Virus record (IMG/VR): IMGVR_UViG_3300045988_103846
DNA: 64,000 nt
Source of the DNA: a virus
Strand: one strand, 5' to 3'
The position numbers were made by a program, and so were the translations under genes. Shown one piece after another: positions 17,701 through 26,212 of the stretch. The notes beneath the pieces are model-generated. The model had not been told where the DNA came from. It did not search any database and worked only from the letters and a program-made list of their open reading frames with translations. How positions within the stretch are numbered: the first letter of the stretch is position 1; every line of letters begins with the position of its first letter.

Positions 17701-18704
17701 GAGTTACCCTGATCTCCCTTAATAGGTCCCACATTGGTGAACCCCCTGTGATTCTCATCATTCTCAAGAGTAGTACCTGTATAAGTCCAAAGATCTCCAT
17801 TGATGATATACCCATCTCCAGGAGTTGGTTTTGGATCCATTGGCAAATCATCAATACTCTTAATAGTACCCTTGATAGTCACGGAAGTACCATTCTTACC
17901 ATCGTTTCCATCTTTACCTATATAGGTGACTGAATAGACAGTAGAAGTAGTATCATCTGTATAGGTGATAATGGTTCTGGACCAGAGATACTTGCCAACT
18001 TCTATGTTTGGCATATTGACATTCCAACCCGTAGTCGGGGGAGTGATACCCTGATCGGATAGTACATAGCTTACTTGCGTTGTCTTGATACCACGACCAT
18101 CTTTGCCAGTATATGGCTTGAGTCTCCATATATTCCAAGCTCCACCCTCTTCTTTGAGAGCTGCCCATACAGAAGAGTCTTTCTTGACAGCATACCATAA
18201 ACTTGGATCAGTATCTGGATCAGGAGGAGTACCATCACCCTCATAATCGGAGTAAGCCCAGGTCAATGAAGCGGGTTGATCACCCCCTGAACCACCGTTT
18301 GAAGATACAGTGAAGTTATCCAAGGTCAAACCCTCCTCAGTGAAGGTATATCTAGTAGCAGTCATGGACACTATGCCCAAACCACCCTCACCAGTAGAAC
18401 CCGAATTAAGGTTGAATCTATAACCCGTAAATGCCGTAGAGCTCACCTGGGTTATAAGAACATTGTAACCCTCCCCAAACTGTACTATGACGGCCTTATT
18501 GGCATCATAAAGTTCTTTTAGGTTACTGAAAGTGGTTGGTCCATTAGTGTACCGGATCAACACTACTTGACAAGAGTCATTCAGGTCAAGCTCATCTACC
18601 ATTCTACAAAGAACAGTCTGAAGACTATTACCAGTGATCTCTTTGTTAGTGTTAGTTTTTACTCGGCCTTTGATGTACTCTTTGAGTTCGTCTTTTGTAG
18701 CCAT
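14718..18704 (-). CDS. large tail fibre / host-specificity protein (1328 aa)
   Basis: Largest ORF. It follows the gpJ/gpI-like baseplate genes, the position of P2 gpH. Rich in G/T/S/D beta-type sequence. Confidence 0.6.
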   Translation of the reverse strand: MATKDELKEYIKGRVKTNTNKEITGNSLQTVLCRMVDELDLNDSCQVVLIRYTNGPTTFSNLKELYDANKAVIVQFGEGYNVLITQVSSTAFTGYRFNLNSGSTGEGGLGIVSMTATRYTFTEEGLTLDNFTVSSNGGSGGDQPASLTWAYSDYEGDGTPPDPDTDPSLWYAVKKDSSVWAALKEEGGAWNIWRLKPYTGKDGRGIKTTQVSYVLSDQGITPPTTGWNVNMPNIEVGKYLWSRTIITYTDDTTSTVYSVTYIGKDGNDGKNGTSVTIKGTIKSIDDLPMDPKPTPGDGYIINGDLWTYTGTTLENDENHRGFTNVGPIKGDQGNSACLHIAWANSLAPDWANFTTQKPSGQKFKYMGTYVDYSADPSTCVDSQNPTDYHWQDVSGEDGESAIVADLDNEIESIALSYDGRTESAWEFSPVVSMWYGLKKLTLDSLTTKLVGNTINSVHVVSNVSTGKVTVSIDNNSLVDSFQVEITVKATVKEQSYIKQVVFSVNCVKAGTPGEDVTLYSLKPSVSVIHKDKNGNLDPVSITCKKLKTVGSTQEETQDGVLKYKIDSGSLLNYSGAIDCSRISSKIHFEYSVDGVLWDTEDVFIILDGKDGDDGDTPYIIESKTKTEYAITTNTEVPTSWSPTPVEGIPGQYLWIRITYTWSNGSTTVSLSYSRCGSDGSSAISKATVVNYQGPWKADGLYTGMEDDTTIRVDVVYYQGPEESEGKYYLAIQSKQFIDQTTPAPNTAEGKAYWGAFQGQFANIATGLLFTENAVIENAIVRVLQTASKGARVETEGNEMAVYDKDDIQRILIDPESNEPFTTMGDDFTNVVDQLGVMIPITSLYGQNYTGGTIKIVYYDSNNDWDDKVVQADALIIALVTGDTYDHVYKILDDNGNNGIIPISSGNSENVILDYIEKHLNSDLMFWTIKTGNTETIKYDPLRIGFEEEEVDRIIAQGGTSVIDITLIPDWVIGGEKASLKQPDVEPLPDVVVSPKDRYKFPGSTVLAVYNSKISQADHLEYGPTSSAESQLSKISGFEGDLGLHLVLKNKTQNTECVLMSLTGDYPISFQTLLDQEEFEAYFPSFVSSGDSKTEVREAIPELVGGVYEVVLRITRKVLAKGTGWETLTLQGIEFLFNLKSSVDSSLIHPLLILNTFNQGQSIKIHSSGISLIRSGREYFQLSLKDINDQGDRGLDLEMLAKDYGFKFNSQEAFMGPIKLYTTEIPHYRPRPGYGVVDISNYGVSLNNLGFTKNSMLVLMNLVQHYPVYLQTCFGIAPLVITRNNNGAYNGLSASLIATQEGTSGWTTVRHDFWLSNSTIKFTYRQVTL

Positions 18705-18718
18705 ATTGTGAAATTTAA

Positions 18719-19588
18719 TTAATCAAAACTGTTAGTGTTATCGAAGCTGTTGTCGAAAGAACCCTTTTTACCAGGCTGAGGAATATCTCCGAGGATTACC
18801 TTTGGGGAGCCATCATCGTATCTTCCCACTTTGCAATGGATAGGCAGATATTTCTCTATGAGAGCAGCTATGATCTCTTTAGCTTCTTCCAACTTAGCCT
18901 CACCGAGAAGACGTTCCCAGATATCGGAGTCTAGAATAGATACCTTTACTAAGAAATAGAGGCAAGACACGCAATTGCCCTCAGCATAAGGGGCACGAAT
19001 TTCCTCATCACCACGAGAATATACATTGATAGACTCATCTCCATCACTATTGGTGTAAGTAGCTAGAACTAAGTGATCATAGACAGGTATGCTCTCATCA
19101 CCTTCACCAATAGTACCACCATTGACAGTCTCTATTAGAGTAATCTTCATACCATAGAATCTACCCAAGATAGTGTAGAAATCAACTGTACCCCGGATCT
19201 TGTATAGAGAGATGGCATATCTCAGAAGCTCCCTTGGATTGACTTTTGGGAACCAAAAGCTAGTGAGCCATTCCCTGAGATCATCCTTATTGTAAGGTTT
19301 ATTCTGGATGATGAGGCCGTAAGCATAAGGTATCTCCCCGAGAAACTCCCAAAGATAATTGAGAAACAGATCAGGAGTCTTATCAAAGTCAATCAAGTCT
19401 AGAATATTATCTAGACCCGGTTGGTTAGACTCATCATCTGTTACATGAGCATCGAAATACTCTGCACAAACTCTCATGAGTCTCTGCAGAATACCCCTGC
19501 CATCTTTATCCTTATAAGTATCTTGGTCATGATACCAGAAAGGAAAGAATCGAGGAAAGATATAGTCTTTGAATCTAAACTTGCTCAT
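18719..19588 (-). CDS. baseplate/tail protein, P2 gpI-like
   Basis: Immediately downstream of the gpJ-like gene with a 14-nt overlap. LLRYAISLYKIRGTVDFYTILGRFYG resembles the gpI-family kGT motif. Confidence 0.5.
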   Translation of the reverse strand: MSKFRFKDYIFPRFFPFWYHDQDTYKDKDGRGILQRLMRVCAEYFDAHVTDDESNQPGLDNILDLIDFDKTPDLFLNYLWEFLGEIPYAYGLIIQNKPYNKDDLREWLTSFWFPKVNPRELLRYAISLYKIRGTVDFYTILGRFYGMKITLIETVNGGTIGEGDESIPVYDHLVLATYTNSDGDESINVYSRGDEEIRAPYAEGNCVSCLYFLVKVSILDSDIWERLLGEAKLEEAKEIIAALIEKYLPIHCKVGRYDDGSPKVILGDIPQPGKKGSFDNSFDNTNSFD

Positions 19589-21317
19589 GAATGTTCAGTA
19601 TAAGGGAATCAGATGTGTTCTTGAAGATTGGTATGGTCTTATAAGAAGAATCACTCTTTGATGCCAGATTAGTATTCATCTGACCGATGTAAAAGTAATA
19701 CCTATCCCCAGGATTATACATACCGAAAGCTATAGTGATAGTGAAGTCGAACTCTGTTAGCTTGATCCTGAGGGCTTCCCCATAAGTGCCTTTGAAAGTT
19801 CGGCTTCCCACTGTGAGAGTGTACCCCTTTTCCAGAATCCCAATGTAAGCATCGGTGAATTCAGAATCAGAAGTATAACTGTTCTGAACGAATGAAGTTA
19901 TCTTTAGATTTGGGGAAGCTTTGTCACTAGACTCTGAAGATACCAAAATAGGCTGAGGGAGGATGTACATCCTCTTGATGTTAAGATAGTCTACAGTAGA
20001 TAGATTATCTATGAGACTGTAGACATCTGACACCCTTACAGCCCTGCCCAGCTCGGCATTATTATAGCCATAGGACTCTTCTAGAGCTTTAACTATCTGA
20101 TCCTTGATGTCTAAGGAAGCAAATGAAGTTCTTCCGAATACTTCTAAGTCTAGATATATGTAAGCGGGATATACCGGAAGAACGGAGAGAGTAGTGGTTA
20201 TTACCTTAGACTTATTGAGCTGAGCCTCTACGGCATCAATCAAAGCCCTAGATGCTTCAACTCCACCGTTGTCTGGGGTTATGTATACTCTAACCTCTTT
20301 TCCGCAAATGTATTCTACATAAGCCTTGTTCACTCCCCCGACCAGCTTAGCCATAGCCTCAAAGTCTTCTTTAGTTATGGCTACTCCCAAAGTCTTTACT
20401 GAAAGAGGGACATGGTCTTTGAGCATAGAGAAGTTTTCATAATCAGAACCTCCTGATGCTGGATTGAAATTAGTGACAACTATATTAGACAGATCTGCAC
20501 CAGATATTGAAGGTAGGGAACTGAAAGAGCCACTAGCGATATTACCACTAGATCCATAGGTGACTTCATATTCACCCTCAATAGATCCACCAAGTTCTGG
20601 AACAGCCCCGAATTTACCGTCCCCGAATACCACTAGTGGAATGAGATCACCTCCGAGCTCAACTTTATAGACCTTGTCATCAGGTCCAGAATAAGCAAAA
20701 GTGTCTACCAGTGTCCAGGTCTCCCCATCTATAGTGAGAATCATAGAACCCTCTACGTAGAACTTGCCGTCAGGAATACCCCTGAGAGCAATAGTAATGT
20801 TTGGATCTATGATCTGACCAAAAGATATCTTAGAGGAGTCACCAACTTTCTCTTTCTGAACTACGGGTACCTTGATGGACTTAGGATATAAAGTCTTATC
20901 CCAGATTATACCGTCTTTTGCTACTACTGTCCAGACTTTACCATCATCGGAGGTGAAAGTAGTTCCAGCTGGAATGTAGATTGAAGACTTCAGATCAGAG
21001 CCGTCTTTAGTGTAGAGAGTTAAATCTACTGAAGCAGGTATAGCACTCTTTACATGATAGTCTACCAACTTAGCATGTTTGAAGAGAGAGCTATATCTTC
21101 TAGCGGAGACAAAGAATGTCTCTCTAGCCATATTATCTATGTAGTAATGTATTACCTCAGCAATACCTGCTAGAATAGATATAATGATGATAAAAATATT
21201 ACCCTCACTGTAATCTGTGATCTCAGGAACATTATTTCTCAGAGAGATCTTAAGTTGTTCCTTAATACTGTTGAAAGATCTCTGGTAGGGGTTTACCCAA
21301 GGATTTTTAGTAGGCAT
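19575..21317 (-). CDS. baseplate protein, gpJ-like
   Basis: Size and position after the gpW/gp25-like gene. Start moved to the ATG at 21317 (MPTKNPWVNPYQ...), which overlaps the upstream stop by 11 nt. Confidence 0.6.
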   Translation of the reverse strand: MPTKNPWVNPYQRSFNSIKEQLKISLRNNVPEITDYSEGNIFIIIISILAGIAEVIHYYIDNMARETFFVSARRYSSLFKHAKLVDYHVKSAIPASVDLTLYTKDGSDLKSSIYIPAGTTFTSDDGKVWTVVAKDGIIWDKTLYPKSIKVPVVQKEKVGDSSKISFGQIIDPNITIALRGIPDGKFYVEGSMILTIDGETWTLVDTFAYSGPDDKVYKVELGGDLIPLVVFGDGKFGAVPELGGSIEGEYEVTYGSSGNIASGSFSSLPSISGADLSNIVVTNFNPASGGSDYENFSMLKDHVPLSVKTLGVAITKEDFEAMAKLVGGVNKAYVEYICGKEVRVYITPDNGGVEASRALIDAVEAQLNKSKVITTTLSVLPVYPAYIYLDLEVFGRTSFASLDIKDQIVKALEESYGYNNAELGRAVRVSDVYSLIDNLSTVDYLNIKRMYILPQPILVSSESSDKASPNLKITSFVQNSYTSDSEFTDAYIGILEKGYTLTVGSRTFKGTYGEALRIKLTEFDFTITIAFGMYNPGDRYYFYIGQMNTNLASKSDSSYKTIPIFKNTSDSLILNIHEQV

Positions 21318-21771
21318 AAGAAGTATTAGTTGAATGGTCATACTGAAGCACTGCTTCTCCCTGGTTATCCAGGTCTGTAGCAAACTTCACTTGAATAAAA
21401 AGCTGGGAGTCTTGACGAAAACTAGATACCTCTATGGCCTTGATCCTAGATTCCCACTGCTGTATAGAAGTCTTGACAAATTCTCTGGTCATGTGTTCAA
21501 GAAGAACAGTATTCTGTTCCTCTATACATTCCCAGAGACGAGAACCAAAGTTCTCTTGTCTAAACCTCTGTCCTATCTGATAGATGAATAGGGCTGTGAG
21601 ATTATTCTTGATGAGAATCAGCCCAGACTTAGGGTACCATCCCACCTTCTTGATCTTAGAGCCATCGGGCTGTTCTATGTACTCGTCATTGCCCTGAGCA
21701 TCTTTTGGTGTAGTCAATTGGATAGGGAATATCATTCCAGATCCAAAGGTAGACAGTTGTTTAAGGTTCAT
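21307..21771 (-). CDS. baseplate wedge protein, gpW / T4 gp25-like
   Basis: IKNNLTALFIYQIGQRFRQENFGSRLWECIEEQN...SIQQWESRIKAIEV matches the GPW_gp25 pattern (I..sI..il.T..GeR...p.FGs.l....e...W EpRi). Confidence 0.75.
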   Translation of the reverse strand: MNLKQLSTFGSGMIFPIQLTTPKDAQGNDEYIEQPDGSKIKKVGWYPKSGLILIKNNLTALFIYQIGQRFRQENFGSRLWECIEEQNTVLLEHMTREFVKTSIQQWESRIKAIEVSSFRQDSQLFIQVKFATDLDNQGEAVLQYDHSTNTSYAY

Positions 21772-21795
21772 GGGCCTTGAGATTTTATAAGGGTT

Positions 21796-21808
21796 AAAAC
21801 TGGTCTTG
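21796..21808. repeat. 13-mer AAAACTGGTCTTG, copy 2 of 3
   Basis: Exact repeat, 24 nt upstream of the gpW-like ATG in the minus-strand sense. Confidence 0.8.
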
Positions 21809-21816
21809 AGTTTTTA

Positions 21817-22560
21817 TTAATGTAGTACCTTAGTGTCTTCTAGACTAGGTAGTTGAGTAGTTATGAATTGAGTCACTTGGGTACCTGATTTTGCAGCAAT
21901 CAAATCAGCTTGAACAGCGGTGATAAATTGCTGCAGAACCCGAATGTCTATCAGACCTCTAGTGCCCTTGTTTAGAGTGATCTTACTAGATGAAACATTG
22001 ATATTAGACTGGCCCACAGTGACATCTACCTCTTTGTTGGAAGATATAGATATATCATCAGAGATCTTTACCTGGGTGTCCCCCTGGTTGAGGGTCAACC
22101 CATTTTGGTCTATCTCTAGAGTAAATTTTTCCCCAAAGATAAGATGCAAAGCATCGCCATCTTCTTTCTCTTCTAAATAAAGCTTATGCCCCTTTGGGGT
22201 GACAATTCCGCAAGTGCTTTTAGAATTGGTGTCCCTTAATTCCTCGGGGCATTCCCCCTGTGCCCAAGTATGAGGATGCCATACTGCTTGAGTGGGATTA
22301 CCATACTCAAACTCAATCCAGACAACCTCACCTTTCTTAGGCAAGAAAGACTTGACACCAAAGCCGGGACCACCCTGAATGCTTCCAGCCCGAGCAATAA
22401 GCTTCATCCCCCCTTGAACTTTAGGGATTTCCACCAGGATATTGCCAGTGTTCTTGTTATCTGGTAAATTGTCTAATACTACAGCTCGATATTGAGAATA
22501 CCACCTACCTAGTTTCTCAAAACCTTCTTTTCGAAGAATTTCCCAAACATCTATAGCCAT
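21817..22560 (-). CDS. baseplate central spike, gpV / gp5 OB-fold-like
   Basis: GNILVEIPKVQGGMKLIARAGSIQGGPGFGVKSFLPKKGEVVWIEFEYGNPTQAVW matches the Phage_base_V pattern. Start moved to the ATG at 22560 (MAIDVWEIL...), 1 nt after the upstream stop. The track's extension overlaps the gpD-like gene. Confidence 0.75.
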   Translation of the reverse strand: MAIDVWEILRKEGFEKLGRWYSQYRAVVLDNLPDNKNTGNILVEIPKVQGGMKLIARAGSIQGGPGFGVKSFLPKKGEVVWIEFEYGNPTQAVWHPHTWAQGECPEELRDTNSKSTCGIVTPKGHKLYLEEKEDGDALHLIFGEKFTLEIDQNGLTLNQGDTQVKISDDISISSNKEVDVTVGQSNINVSSSKITLNKGTRGLIDIRVLQQFITAVQADLIAAKSGTQVTQFITTQLPSLEDTKVLH

Positions 22561-22561
22561 A

Positions 22562-24904
22562 TTACTTATGCTTTTGAAGATCCTGATAATACTCACCAGG
22601 ACTATACTCGACCTTGTGAGGACTATTGACAATAAAACTACCAGAAGAGATATCAGTTTGACCATAGACTGCTTGACCTGTCTTTGGATCAATCCAACTT
22701 ATGACAGTCTTATCAGGTCTGTCTTTTCTCTGTTTCTTTACCTCTTTGGTTATTTGAGTCACTCCCATATAGCTGCCTGATTCAGAAGCAGCCCTAGAAG
22801 CTTCTATCAACTCTTTAGCATAATCTCTCTTAGAGATAGTTGACTGAATAGTGATAGTAGATACAGGGATAGTGCGCTGAATGAATTCAAGGTTACAGAT
22901 ATAACCCTGGTCACTGATGGTGTGAACCACCTTCTTAGAATACCACAGACCCTGATATTTATCAGAGACATTCTGTATCTGGAAATTCATAGAAGACTCC
23001 AAAACTGGATCACCTATTACCTGAGCCTGAGCTTTCACCTGGTTAGATATAGACTCATTAACACTATTGCCAAAAGAATTGCCCAGATTGATACTATTAG
23101 CCCCAGCTATAATATCTACTCCATTGAGCTCGATAGTAACCTCTACCTCATAGACTATCTGATGGGGGTGTACAGCATCATTTGGATCTCCCAAGATCTT
23201 AAGACCCGGAACAGAAGAGAGTAAAGCCCAACCTTGTCTGTGACCAACTCCATGTGCTCGGCGATTAGATATTGAAGTAGAGTTACTTCCTGGTAATATC
23301 CAGGGTCTCTTATAATCTGCACTAGTCAAGTCTATTTGACCTGATTGAACGGCGTTAACGAATTCTTGAGTCTGCTCAGTGGTAACATCTGTGTTATTGA
23401 CCCGGTTCTTAGTTCGATTATATAAGAAAGTATTACCCACAGTGTTGACTCGAACTTCAGTAAACAATTTCACTTTACGTTTGATTCTAAAAGGAGGTAT
23501 CTTATCCAAACCCTTAGTAGGATCCATAGGTTGTTTAGCACCTTCTCTCCATTTAGTCAATTGTTCATTGAAATACTGATCAATCTCTTCCTGAGAAATC
23601 TGAGGGTGTTCTGTGTAATACCTCTTAGCATCATTCAGAGTCTTAAAGGAATTCTTCTGAAGAAGAGCTGTATTATCTTCTTTAGCATCAACTTTAACAG
23701 GGACTGGAGTCTGAGCTACTCTAGTCTTGTCTCTTGGATTACCTTTCTCCCAAATGTTGCCAAACCAGCTACGACTGCGTTTACGAGGAATACCATCATT
23801 CCAGTCTACATAGGCATCGATATCTTTACCATCTTCATTGCCTTGATTGGGGTCAGTTACCCCTTGAACCATAGTGGTATCGATGGACTTGTCATCTGGA
23901 TCAATGTCAGTAGAAGATTTAACTTCAGTAGAGGACTTGACAAACTTAGACTCAACTGAGAACTCTAAAAGTTCTCCATCCCCTCCCCAATAATCATATA
24001 TCTTAACTATACTCCGAGTAGTCTGGGCATTATGAATCACCAATCTACCATCTCTAGAGTCCATGAAGTAAGGGCCGTTAGATAAACCCCCAATGGCATC
24101 TTTGATCTGGTAGTACTTGTTTCGAGAAGTACCCATGATTACACCTAGTTGGGTAGAGCTGTCTTTCACATAAACTGTCTTAAAATTCTCTGGGTCTTGT
24201 TGAATCAAAGCTTGAGTCTCTGGATTAAACTCCAAAAGTTTAACTCCCACAGCATTGGGATTACTAGTAGTGGGATTCTGAAGATTATTTTTTGGATCTA
24301 GTGGATCTTTAGGTGTACCTTTTGACACTACATCTTCGAACTCTGGATCTTGTTGTCTAATCTCTGAGCCGTCGGTTACTTTCTGAGCAACCTTTGGAAC
24401 TACCATAGGCTTACTCTGATGGTCTACTATCTCGATACCGATGGGAATACCCTTACATAGATCCTTAAAATACTCCACAAAACCTCTAGTAGTGTCATAG
24501 TGAGTAGCAGGGATATTCTTGAGAAGCTCAGAAGAGTCAGTAAATTCTATAGTGATATTTACTCCTCTCTGACCAAAGGTCACTTTCTGACCCACGATTA
24601 TAACCCTGCGAATAGGGCCATAATATCCAGTACCATCGGGATAGATATAACCCCACTGAAGCTGTAATCCCTGCTGATAGCCAAGCTCAGTAAGAGCACA
24701 TAAATTAGGATTTTTAGTAGAGATCTCTATATGTCCCTTGTCGGTCTTCTCTTCTTCATAGATATACTCAAAAAGGGTTACCAGGGAACCCAGAGTGATA
24801 TTACTCTCGGGATCTCTGATAACCTCTCCTTGGGAATTGAATATAGCGATATAAGGGGTAGCACTACCAGTTGGCAGATGTCTGCTCTTGCTTGACTCTT
24901 CCAT
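22562..24904 (-). CDS. tail/baseplate hub protein, gpD (late control D)/Mu gp44-like, enlarged (780 aa)
   Basis: Position between the LysM gpX-like protein and the spike. About twice the usual gpD length. Assignment is by synteny only. Confidence 0.45.
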   Translation of the reverse strand: MEESSKSRHLPTGSATPYIAIFNSQGEVIRDPESNITLGSLVTLFEYIYEEEKTDKGHIEISTKNPNLCALTELGYQQGLQLQWGYIYPDGTGYYGPIRRVIIVGQKVTFGQRGVNITIEFTDSSELLKNIPATHYDTTRGFVEYFKDLCKGIPIGIEIVDHQSKPMVVPKVAQKVTDGSEIRQQDPEFEDVVSKGTPKDPLDPKNNLQNPTTSNPNAVGVKLLEFNPETQALIQQDPENFKTVYVKDSSTQLGVIMGTSRNKYYQIKDAIGGLSNGPYFMDSRDGRLVIHNAQTTRSIVKIYDYWGGDGELLEFSVESKFVKSSTEVKSSTDIDPDDKSIDTTMVQGVTDPNQGNEDGKDIDAYVDWNDGIPRKRSRSWFGNIWEKGNPRDKTRVAQTPVPVKVDAKEDNTALLQKNSFKTLNDAKRYYTEHPQISQEEIDQYFNEQLTKWREGAKQPMDPTKGLDKIPPFRIKRKVKLFTEVRVNTVGNTFLYNRTKNRVNNTDVTTEQTQEFVNAVQSGQIDLTSADYKRPWILPGSNSTSISNRRAHGVGHRQGWALLSSVPGLKILGDPNDAVHPHQIVYEVEVTIELNGVDIIAGANSINLGNSFGNSVNESISNQVKAQAQVIGDPVLESSMNFQIQNVSDKYQGLWYSKKVVHTISDQGYICNLEFIQRTIPVSTITIQSTISKRDYAKELIEASRAASESGSYMGVTQITKEVKKQRKDRPDKTVISWIDPKTGQAVYGQTDISSGSFIVNSPHKVEYSPGEYYQDLQKHK

Positions 24905-24906
24905 TA

Positions 24907-25161
24907 CTAAGGTATATAGATTTGCATGTTTGGCTTCAAGTCAGTGAAAGGGTTATAGATACTGTTCACATCAGCTATAGCTGGCCAGTAACCAGAATCC
25001 CCGTAATATTGGAAAGCAATGCTCTGGAGAGTTTCCCCCTCCAGAACTGTATGGATAGCCTTGGGATTAGAAATAGTAGCTGGTTGAGCTGGGGTTCTCT
25101 CTACTAAGATATCCCCATCACCCAGATCAACTATAACACTATCAGAATATGGATCGTACAT
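24907..25161 (-). CDS. LysM-domain tail protein X-like (84 aa)
   Basis: HTVLEGETLQSIAFQYYGDSGYWPAIADVNSIYNPFTDLKPNMQIYIP is a clear LysM pattern. Size and position match P2 gpX-type proteins. Confidence 0.7.
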   Translation of the reverse strand: MYDPYSDSVIVDLGDGDILVERTPAQPATISNPKAIHTVLEGETLQSIAFQYYGDSGYWPAIADVNSIYNPFTDLKPNMQIYIP

Positions 25162-25163
25162 GA

Positions 25164-26210
25164 TTACTTGGTTCTTATACCTTTGATGCCCTTCAGAGCA
25201 TTCAAGTCAATAATGTCACTATGAGAAGTGTTACCAGCAGTCACTTTCTTGAAAGTGAGGGACTGAGTAGCATAGTTAGGATATAGCTTGAGATCTTGGA
25301 TCTCTCCATAAGGATCTGATCCATCGCTCTTCTTTTGATACTGTCGAGCCTTGTCCTGGAAGTGAGTAAGGATATAGCTAGCAGATTCTAGAATAAATCT
25401 TTGATCTTTGAAGATGTTACTCTGACCCCAGATGATTTGAAGAACAGGAGGTGAAGCTAGATAACCATCGGCTCGAGTCCAACTCTCCAGAAGCTTGCAC
25501 TTAGCTATAACTTCCTCTCTGTGAGAGGGATCACTGGCATACCAAGAGATATCAAAGCTTACAGTATCTTCTCCACCTGTATACATCATGAAAGGATTAT
25601 TCCTTCCAGCAGAGACGATATTTACCCAAGTACTCTGGGGAGTTATGCGAAGCTCATTCGGGCGGTTTTGGATCACTAGAGAAACGTAAGGAGAAATATT
25701 ATCGTTTACAATAATAATCTCATTCTTGGATAGGCTAGAGGCATCATTAAGAGCATGCCTTAAAGCATTCTCTCGAGCTTGAGTAAAATTTATAGGGGAA
25801 GCAGCCCATTGAGAACGCTTAGCTTCATCTCTTCGTGATAATATCTTGAAACTCTCCTGTGACTCTCTCTCGGCAGGGGAGAGAGTATAGGTATAATGCT
25901 CATTCCTTAGATTATTGGGCTGTTTATTAAGAGGCCTTGGAGAATAATCAGTTTTTTCCATCAAGGTTTTCTTCAAGAGCAATTTCATTCTCCAGAACTT
26001 ACTATAGTTCATGAGAGAAAGACCTTCTAATGGAGTACCCTCAAGTATCTCTCCACTAGAGATAGTCTGAAGGCTGTTTGATACAAGGCCTCCGGCTATC
26101 CCTATTGGATTCTGTATTATCTGAATAAAAGGCTTAGCAGCAGCCCTCTTTTGTTTAAGAAGCAGTCGTTGCCAAGTAGAGTTGGCAGCTGAGGGTTTGA
26201 TATTAGCCAT
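25164..26210 (-). CDS. tail protein downstream of the tape measure (Mu gp43 / P2 gpU position)
   Basis: Synteny only. Confidence 0.35.
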   Translation of the reverse strand: MANIKPSAANSTWQRLLLKQKRAAAKPFIQIIQNPIGIAGGLVSNSLQTISSGEILEGTPLEGLSLMNYSKFWRMKLLLKKTLMEKTDYSPRPLNKQPNNLRNEHYTYTLSPAERESQESFKILSRRDEAKRSQWAASPINFTQARENALRHALNDASSLSKNEIIIVNDNISPYVSLVIQNRPNELRITPQSTWVNIVSAGRNNPFMMYTGGEDTVSFDISWYASDPSHREEVIAKCKLLESWTRADGYLASPPVLQIIWGQSNIFKDQRFILESASYILTHFQDKARQYQKKSDGSDPYGEIQDLKLYPNYATQSLTFKKVTAGNTSHSDIIDLNALKGIKGIRTK

Positions 26211-26212
26211 GG